From Patescibacteria group bacterium (GTDB lineage Bacteria > Patescibacteriota > Microgenomatia > UBA8517): a stretch of DNA of 64,000 nucleotides. Each line of letters opens with the position of its first letter. Positions within the stretch are counted from its first letter, which is position 1. A program made the position numbers and the translations under genes. Under the pieces are notes generated by a model. It ran no database searches, was not told where the DNA came from, and was given only the letters and a program-made list of their open reading frames with translations. Shown here piece by piece: positions 57,704 to 64,000 of the stretch. The stretch is from NCBI GenBank assembly GCA_041742135.1, contig JBGSJG010000008.1, positions 162,902 to 226,901 of the forward strand, read 5' to 3'.

Positions 57704-58939
57704 TTAGGTGACTAGCTCTCGGGATAGCTTGGCAGCATAATAATCTTGATCTTCCTGTAGGCGATCGAAGCTTTCCTGGGAGATCGATAAAAGGCCTAAT
57801 CTTTGAAGGTTTGAAATAAACTCTTCCACCATGCTTTTGGTTAAAAAACTCACATCATCTTGTGAATCAAATATTCCAGTGTCAATGTCCGAACTTGAGT
57901 CTGGTTCTTTATGATCCGGGCCCCACTCTAAATCGTGCAAAACTAAATCCTTCGAAATATCTTTGCAGCCAAGCCAGCTCCCATAGTTACGGACAGGATA
58001 AGCAAAGCGTGAATCCTCCATGGTTTTGAATAAGACGATTCCTTGGGCTATTGAAATTTCCCAAACTAACCTATGTATGTCTAGTGTTTCCTGTAAGTCA
58101 AGCGCCTGCATTCTGGACAATTTGCCTAGAATTTCTTGTGCCTTTTTTGGCTCTAATCCTGCTTGTTCAATATATTTAGTAATTCTTGGGTTGGAATAAA
58201 CCTCGTTTTCTAAATTGCTAAGACCTAGTGCTAATTCATTTCTGTTGGCAGAATTTGCACTTAGATCGTCCCCGCGAGTTGACCCAGATGTTAATCTGTG
58301 TCGTGATCCTATTAGCCTAAATAAAATAGCAGGCTCGTCCCCGTATTGGCTAACTAATTCATATTGTTGTTTTATAACGGCTCTGTTTGCGTTTGCGTCA
58401 TTCCACATAGACTCCACAACACCTAAAATCGCTTCTTTGTTGAGTGTGACGTAGCCCAAGCCTAACGTTGCTCTTCCTCCCATTTCTAAAATCTTGTTAG
58501 TATGAAAGATGTCACTAGCCGCGTCAAAATCGCCAAATAAACCCAAAGGGTCTGCCTCGGGCCCCCGATAAAGCTTTGGCTCGCTTGAGAGCAAAAAATC
58601 CCGATAAGTGTCTCCTGCCATGCCGCCACCTTTAGCAGTTATGTAATTGGCATTGAGCCCAGAGTATTTAACGGGTGCTTTAAAGCGAGCGACCGGCAAA
58701 CTTCTTCCCTCACCGAGCAGCGAATGGATTCTTTCGTGTGATCCCGGCCTTGGTTCTACTGAAATTCTTGCAAGGCTTGACAGGTAATCGGGATCAAGCA
58801 AGGCGTGATTGCTGGCATCTAGGTATGCTCTTGCTTCATGGTTTACAACAATCTGGGAAATTGCATCGCGAGGCAGGGGAATGGTTGATACCTCAACGTA
58901 CCCCCTTTCAAATTTTGGCAATCTATCTATACCACACAT
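57704..58939 (-). CDS. Hypothetical protein, paralog B (411 aa) of tandem pair; unknown family
   Basis: See paralog A. Conserved acidic motif GLFGDFDAASDI and Gly-rich ITAKGGGMAGD. Confidence 0.55.
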   Translation of the reverse strand: MCGIDRLPKFERGYVEVSTIPLPRDAISQIVVNHEARAYLDASNHALLDPDYLSSLARISVEPRPGSHERIHSLLGEGRSLPVARFKAPVKYSGLNANYITAKGGGMAGDTYRDFLLSSEPKLYRGPEADPLGLFGDFDAASDIFHTNKILEMGGRATLGLGYVTLNKEAILGVVESMWNDANANRAVIKQQYELVSQYGDEPAILFRLIGSRHRLTSGSTRGDDLSANSANRNELALGLSNLENEVYSNPRITKYIEQAGLEPKKAQEILGKLSRMQALDLQETLDIHRLVWEISIAQGIVLFKTMEDSRFAYPVRNYGSWLGCKDISKDLVLHDLEWGPDHKEPDSSSDIDTGIFDSQDDVSFLTKSMVEEFISNLQRLGLLSISQESFDRLQEDQDYYAAKLSRELVT

Positions 58940-58944
58940 AAATA

Positions 58945-59913
58945 GTGGTCGTTATTATAGCAATAGCGCGTAATTTATGCCATGATCAAGGACAAAACGG
59001 TTGTATCGGCATACTTGCTCCTAACATGGAATTGAATAATCGACTCAGGAGGATTAAAATACATTCTGTGCCAGAAGCAACCGAAAGAAAAATGGATGAC
59101 CAAAGAGTAGCTGAAATCGTAGAGATAGCAAAGCGGTGTAGGCGACCCATAAAAAAGGGTTCTATTAGTGTGTGTATCGACGATCGATTGGCCCATAAAT
59201 TTACCAAGCCAATTCCGACCGAGCAGCTTCAAGAGGTTTTTGTAACAAGTGAGAGTGAATCTGGGCCACAAATACCTGGAGCCTCAGCAGGAGTCTTGGT
59301 AGCGGTTGCAGAATGTGCCCCTGACGAAAAAAGCTTGGACTTTGATGAATTGAATACGATCACTCGCGAAGCACATGTTCGCGCGGGATTCGCATTGGGT
59401 GTTCATATGGATAATCATCACGATGAAGTTTCGGATGATAAAATTTTTGAAATGGTTGAAAGAGCGTTGGAAGACCCAGACAACACGGACCTTCCCGGTT
59501 GTGGCTACGCTGGTATGCTGGTCAATCCGGAAAACCCTCTGAATTTAAGCGCAAGGACGCACAAATTTGTTCGAAGTTTAAAGTTAGTTCCACGCATGTT
59601 AGCTGCCGGATCAAGGCTTGTTGAGCTAGAGGGACATCATGCTGAGCCAGACAACGGGGCGCTTGCAATAATTAATAATCAAGAAGGAACCACGCTTGAT
59701 CATGATGCGCTCAAGGCAGCAGGTGTTAAAGTGTATGGATTTGACCCTCGCGCAGTCGAAAAAATTATGAACGAGGCTGTCGAGGTTTTGGAAGCAAGAG
59801 GTGAAACTGATTGGGCAGAGAATGTTCGTAACAAGGGAGCTCAAGTCGTTACTCAACACCAGAGAATTGCAGCAGTAGCGCTGACAGGCCGTGAACCTGT
59901 TGAAATTGCTTGA
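58945..59913 (+). CDS. Hypothetical protein (up to 322 aa; start probably at an internal ATG near 59026 or 59092)
   Basis: ORF divergent from the paralog operon, acidic, no family. The ORF-track start lies 5 nt from the paralog B start, so it is probably over-extended. Confidence 0.4.
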   Translation: MVVIIAIARNLCHDQGQNGCIGILAPNMELNNRLRRIKIHSVPEATERKMDDQRVAEIVEIAKRCRRPIKKGSISVCIDDRLAHKFTKPIPTEQLQEVFVTSESESGPQIPGASAGVLVAVAECAPDEKSLDFDELNTITREAHVRAGFALGVHMDNHHDEVSDDKIFEMVERALEDPDNTDLPGCGYAGMLVNPENPLNLSARTHKFVRSLKLVPRMLAAGSRLVELEGHHAEPDNGALAIINNQEGTTLDHDALKAAGVKVYGFDPRAVEKIMNEAVEVLEARGETDWAENVRNKGAQVVTQHQRIAAVALTGREPVEIA

Positions 59914-59964
59914 GAGCTGTCGTAAAATAATCTAACCTCGATTTGATCTTGCGGTTTAGTCTAT

Positions 59965-60201
59965 ATGAAAAAGAATGAAGTAAGTGATTTGGTCGGCGCT
60001 TTTGGCGAAGCCACAAGCATTACTGGCAACTTGGTTGCTTTGCCGCTAATTTTTTTGATTGCAGGCTTTTTTCTTGATAAAACATTGTCTACTACCCCAA
60101 TTTTTATCTTTTTAGGTATAATTGTGGGTGTCGGGCTTGGAATAATGCGCGCTATGAAAATAAGCAAAAATTACAAATTTAAAAAATCTCCTAAAAAATG
60201 A
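59965..60201 (+). CDS. ATP synthase protein I-like small membrane protein (AtpZ/AtpI)
   Basis: 78 aa, two TM helices, immediately upstream of atpB and overlapping it by 4 nt. Confidence 0.5.
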   Translation: MKKNEVSDLVGAFGEATSITGNLVALPLIFLIAGFFLDKTLSTTPIFIFLGIIVGVGLGIMRAMKISKNYKFKKSPKK

Positions 60202-60950
60202 GTTCCCTTCACATATCAATTGCAGCCGAGCCAGTTTTTCATATCGGCGATTTTGCTGTAACTAACTCGCTTTTGACCACCTTTGTAGTTATGTTGCTTT
60301 TATTTTTAATTGCGGCTTCCGTAAGCTTAGCGCCAGTAACCACAGTCGGAGGCAAAAAAATTAAAAAAGTGCCAGCGTTGGTCGAGATGTTTGTTGGTGG
60401 TTTTTACAATTTCCTCTCACCAATTTTAGGTAAGCGAATCGAATCTCTCTTCCCACTTCTTATGACTTTTTTCCTATTCATTATTATTGGCAACTGGATT
60501 GGGCTTTTGCCGGGAGTTGGCCCGATTGGATTTACTGAACACACAGAACATGGAGAACTTTTTGTCCCGCTGTTTCGAGGTCCCAATGCGGACCTGAGTA
60601 CCACTTTGGCTTTGGCCTTGGTCTCCGTAATTGCGACACAGTTCTTAAGCATTAAAGCACTCGGTGCCGCGGGCTATATAAGTAAGTTTATTAATTTCAA
60701 AAATCCAATTAACTTCTTTGTTGGAATACTTGAGCTTGTTGGAGAAATTGCCAAGGTTCTTTCATTTTCATTCCGTCTTTTCGGCAACATCTTTGCAGGT
60801 GAGGTTTTACTTATCGTAATAAGCTTTTTGGTTCCAATAATTATGCCAATTCCGTTTTTGGGACTGGAGATATTTGTGGGATTCATTCAAGCTTTAGTGT
60901 TTACAATGCTGACATCGGTATTTATTGTAGTGGCGACGGAACATCATTAA
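60198..60950 (+). CDS. atpB: F0F1 ATP synthase subunit a
   Basis: FRLFGNIFAGEVLL with the conserved Arg, plus 5-6 TM helices. Confidence 0.9.
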   Translation: MSSLHISIAAEPVFHIGDFAVTNSLLTTFVVMLLLFLIAASVSLAPVTTVGGKKIKKVPALVEMFVGGFYNFLSPILGKRIESLFPLLMTFFLFIIIGNWIGLLPGVGPIGFTEHTEHGELFVPLFRGPNADLSTTLALALVSVIATQFLSIKALGAAGYISKFINFKNPINFFVGILELVGEIAKVLSFSFRLFGNIFAGEVLLIVISFLVPIIMPIPFLGLEIFVGFIQALVFTMLTSVFIVVATEHH

Positions 60951-61190
<240 letters not shown>

Positions 61191-61223
61191 TGTACACGAA
61201 CACAAAGGAGGTGTATTAAATTT

Positions 61224-61724
61224 ATGGAGAGTTTAGGAATAGATTTAAAAATAATTGGTTTTCAGATTCTTAATTTTGGAGTGCTGGTCTTTGTGCTTAA
61301 TAAATTTTTATACAAACCCGTGCTTAAGGCAATAAATGCCAAAAAGCAGGAAGTTGATGAAATAAATAAAAGCAAAGAGCAGATTGTAGTCGATAGCGAG
61401 AAATCGCAAGAGGCACAAGCATTACTCATGAAAAGTGCGCAAACCGAAAAGGCACAGGTTCTAAAAGATGCTAAGCTTGAGGCAGACAAAATTAAAAAAG
61501 CTGCCCGAGAAGAAGCCGAAAAGAAGATTTTGGCACTCGTTGAAAAAGCCAAAAAAGATTTGGAAGCTGAGAAGAAAAAGTTAGTACACGATTTTGACGC
61601 CGAAGTTTTAAGTGCCGCTTTTGCGGTTAATGAAAAAATTCTTGCTGATTTGTCGGACAAAAAAGCAGTTGAAGAAGCTTATAAAAAACTTGGGTTAGTC
61701 AAGTCGGTAATGTTTAGAAATTAA
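61224..61724 (+). CDS. atpF: F0F1 ATP synthase subunit b
   Basis: N-terminal TM followed by a long Lys/Glu/Ala coiled coil. 166 aa. Confidence 0.8.
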   Translation: MESLGIDLKIIGFQILNFGVLVFVLNKFLYKPVLKAINAKKQEVDEINKSKEQIVVDSEKSQEAQALLMKSAQTEKAQVLKDAKLEADKIKKAAREEAEKKILALVEKAKKDLEAEKKKLVHDFDAEVLSAAFAVNEKILADLSDKKAVEEAYKKLGLVKSVMFRN

Positions 61725-61725
61725 A

Positions 61726-63225
61726 ATGAAATTAGCTGAAAAAATAAAATCGGTTAAATTGACCGATACTAGAAGTGTTGGAGAAGTCGTTTCTGTGGGA
61801 GACGGAGTTTTGTGGATTAACGGACTTCCTGAAGCCATGTACGGCGAGATTCTTGATGTGGCAGGTACGGAAGCTTTGGTCATGAATCTTGAAGAAGATT
61901 CGCTTGGAGCCGTGGTTTTGGGAAGTTTTTCGCATATTAAACGGGGAGACTTAGCGCGCACAACAGGTAAGATTTTTGAAGTTGGCTCAGGAGAGGCGAT
62001 GCTTGGCCGAGTCGTTGATCCACTTGGAAAGCCGCTCGACGAGAAAGGCGAAATTAAGATTGCCAAAATGATGCCGATGGAAAAAATCGCTCCAGGAATT
62101 GTGGCTCGCCAACAGGTTAATACCCCGCTTGCGACAGGTATTATGGCAATTGATGCCATGATTCCAATTGGTCGCGGTCAGCGCGAGCTTATTATTGGAG
62201 ACCGTGGAACCGGCAAAAGCGCGGTCGCAATCGACACAATTATCAATCAAAAAGACGTAATTTCTATCTACGTTGCTATCGGCCAAAAGCGTGCAAAAAT
62301 TGCTCAGGTAATTGAGAAGCTTTCTGAAACTGATTCGCTTAAAAACACAATCGTGGTGGTAGCTTCCGCCTCAACTCCTGCAAGTTTAAGATACGTCGCC
62401 CCATACACAGCTACAGCAATCGGTGAATATTTTATGGATAAAGGAAAGGACGTCTTGGTAATTTATGACGATTTGAGTAAACATGCTTGGGCTTATCGCG
62501 AGCTCTCGCTTTTACTTCGCCGCCCTTCCGGCCGCGAGGCTTATCCGGGAGACGTTTTCTATTTGCACTCAAGGCTTTTGGAGCGAGCATGTCGCTTAAA
62601 TGAAAAACACGGTGGGGGGTCACTAACGGCCCTTCCTATTATTGAAACTCAGGCTGGGGATGTGTCGGCTTACATTCCCACAAACGTCATTTCAATTACT
62701 GATGGCCAGATTTATTTGGAAAGCGATTTGTTTTTCTCGGGAGTTCGCCCAGCACTCAACGTCGGGCTTTCCGTCTCGCGCGTGGGTGGAACGGCTCAAA
62801 TTAAACCTATGAAAAAGGCTGCTGGAAAGCTTAGACTTGATTTGACTCAGTATTACGAACTGGCAACTTTTGCGCAATTTGCTACAGATACTGATGCCGC
62901 AACACGCGAAAAAATTGAGCGAGGCAAAAGAGTGGTTGAGTTACTTAAGCAACCACAGTATCAGCCAATTCCGCTCGGGCAACAGGTTGTAACAATTCAC
63001 CTGGCCAACTCTGGAGTTTTTGACGGTGTGGAGCTGGATGACATAAATGACTTTCGCGCCGAAGCGCTTTCGGCAATTGCGAAAGCTCACAAAAATCTCT
63101 TTGACAGCATTGAGGAAAAAAATGAATTTAGCGAAGACGATCAGAAGAAAGTCGTTGATATTGCAATGAAAGTGCGTGAAGCTTTTATTTCAAAGGAGTT
63201 AAATGACAAACCAGAAACAAATTAG
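61726..63225 (+). CDS. atpA: F0F1 ATP synthase subunit alpha
   Basis: Walker [19 protein letters not shown] and alpha-specific C-terminal domain. Confidence 0.9.
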   Translation: MKLAEKIKSVKLTDTRSVGEVVSVGDGVLWINGLPEAMYGEILDVAGTEALVMNLEEDSLGAVVLGSFSHIKRGDLARTTGKIFEVGSGEAMLGRVVDPLGKPLDEKGEIKIAKMMPMEKIAPGIVARQQVNTPLATGIMAIDAMIPIGRGQRELIIGDRGTGKSAVAIDTIINQKDVISIYVAIGQKRAKIAQVIEKLSETDSLKNTIVVVASASTPASLRYVAPYTATAIGEYFMDKGKDVLVIYDDLSKHAWAYRELSLLLRRPSGREAYPGDVFYLHSRLLERACRLNEKHGGGSLTALPIIETQAGDVSAYIPTNVISITDGQIYLESDLFFSGVRPALNVGLSVSRVGGTAQIKPMKKAAGKLRLDLTQYYELATFAQFATDTDAATREKIERGKRVVELLKQPQYQPIPLGQQVVTIHLANSGVFDGVELDDINDFRAEALSAIAKAHKNLFDSIEEKNEFSEDDQKKVVDIAMKVREAFISKELNDKPETN

Positions 63226-64000
63226 AAAAAGAGTAAAGTCTATTAAAAACATTGGCAAGATTACCTCGGCCTTGGAGATGGTCGCTGCAAGCCGTGTGCA
63301 AAAGGCCCAAGACGCAGCGCTTCGCAGCAAGCCCTATGCAGACAAGGTCTATGAACTCGTCTCAGCAGTTAGTGGTGAGCGCGAAAATGCAGACCTCCCT
63401 CTTCTTCGCCAACCTGAATCGGTTAACCGCGATTTATATATTCTCATAAGTTCCAACAAAGGCTTGGCAGGTAGCTTAAATACAAATCTTTTGGGGAGTT
63501 TAAAGAAACATTTGGACCAAACCAATATCCCTCATTCATTTATAACTCTTGGAATAAAGGGTAGGAATTTGACCCTTAAATACGGAGATTTGGTTGCAGA
63601 TTTTTCAGAGATTGAGCCATTTTATAAAAACATTCCATCGGTAGTCGACACAATGTCCGATTTATTTATAAGTGGGCAGGTTGACAGAGTTTATTTGGTT
63701 TATAGCGATTTCAAAACTATCATGACGCAGGAGCCGACAATCAAACAGCTTCTTCCAATTGTTGCGGCAGACTCTGAGGCGATTAGTACGCCGTACGTTT
63801 TTGAACCTACCTCTCGCGAGGTTTTGGAAAATTTATTGGTTTTTTATATTGAAAATCAAGTTCGTGATGCAATGCACGAGGCCGAGGCAAGTGAACACGC
63901 GGCTCGTATGATTGCCATGAAAAATGCTAGCGATAACGCACATGATTTGTCAGATGCTTTAAGTCTTGAATACAACAAAGTGCGACAATCTGCCATTACT
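63203..64000 (+). CDS. atpG: F0F1 ATP synthase subunit gamma (3' end beyond window)
   Basis: Translation from the ATG at 63203 gives [36 protein letters not shown]... The ORF overlaps the atpA end and is open to the window edge. Confidence 0.8.
   Translation, partial: MTNQKQIRKRVKSIKNIGKITSALEMVAASRVQKAQDAALRSKPYADKVYELVSAVSGERENADLPLLRQPESVNRDLYILISSNKGLAGSLNTNLLGSLKKHLDQTNIPHSFITLGIKGRNLTLKYGDLVADFSEIEPFYKNIPSVVDTMSDLFISGQVDRVYLVYSDFKTIMTQEPTIKQLLPIVAADSEAISTPYVFEPTSREVLENLLVFYIENQVRDAMHEAEASEHAARMIAMKNASDNAHDLSDALSLEYNKVRQSAIT

Noticed and set aside
56495-58939. FtsZ/tubulin-like reading of the paralog motifs (AKGGG as T4 GGGTGSG, GLFGDFDAASD as T7 GLINVDFADV)
   Set aside because: The spacing between the two motifs is about 30 aa, against about 100 aa in FtsZ/tubulin. 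There is no T1 GGGGxN loop either, so the resemblance is superficial.

Overview
This 64 kb window is a densely packed, mostly co-directional bacterial chromosome segment with GC content that I estimate by eye at roughly the mid-40s percent. The overall content suggests a reduced-genome Gram-positive-like bacterium, possibly Patescibacteria/CPR, but that is inference only. Those hints are short compact proteins, a bifunctional PGI/PMI, PolX, a LemA-HtpX pair, many secreted proteins with an N-terminal anchor, and apparently leaderless promoters.

The recognisable content falls into a few groups:
- **Housekeeping:** the ileS 3' end, rodA/ftsW, rplU, rpmA, parB, lepB, gatC/gatA/gatB, dnaE, rplS, ruvC, a holA-like gene, secG, PPIase, metK, and the F1Fo ATP synthase genes atpI/B/E/F/A/G.
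- **Nucleotide excision repair and SOS:** lexA, uvrB, uvrA, a short uvrC, PolX, an AlkD-like glycosylase and ruvC.
- **Glycolysis/gluconeogenesis:** PGM/PMM, bifunctional PGI/PMI, ppsA, eno and gpmI.
- **Cell envelope glycan genes:** a flippase, two GT2, an O-antigen-ligase-like protein, a GT4 and a LysM protein.
- **tRNAs:** Val-CAC, Thr-CGU, Gly-CCC and Asp-GUC.

Three regulatory signals are readable directly from the sequence:
- A SAM-I riboswitch sits immediately upstream of metK.
- An 8-mer, AACCCGAA/TTCGGGTT, lies in the -35/-10 spacer of the lexA, uvrA and ruvC promoters; I propose it as this lineage's SOS operator.
- The tRNA-Val gene has an extended -10 promoter.

The best candidate for an undescribed system is a minus-strand operon at 54.6-58.9 kb. 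It holds two tandem paralogous proteins of about 400 aa with no recognisable family, sharing AKGG and GxFGDFDAASDI motifs, followed by a 610-aa GT4 glycosyltransferase with an extra N-terminal domain. A divergent 322-aa unknown lies upstream.

Other oddities:
- A GC-rich two-gene islet at 50.1-51.4 kb holding a GNAT and a 264-aa unknown.
- An NTase-fold gene in the lexA-controlled uvrB operon.
- A transglutaminase-like membrane protein wedged between uvrA and uvrC.
- An orphan 641-aa protein.
- A TAG-split ORF pair.
- An ATP synthase operon with no delta gene between b and alpha.

I saw no CRISPR array, integrase or transposase.
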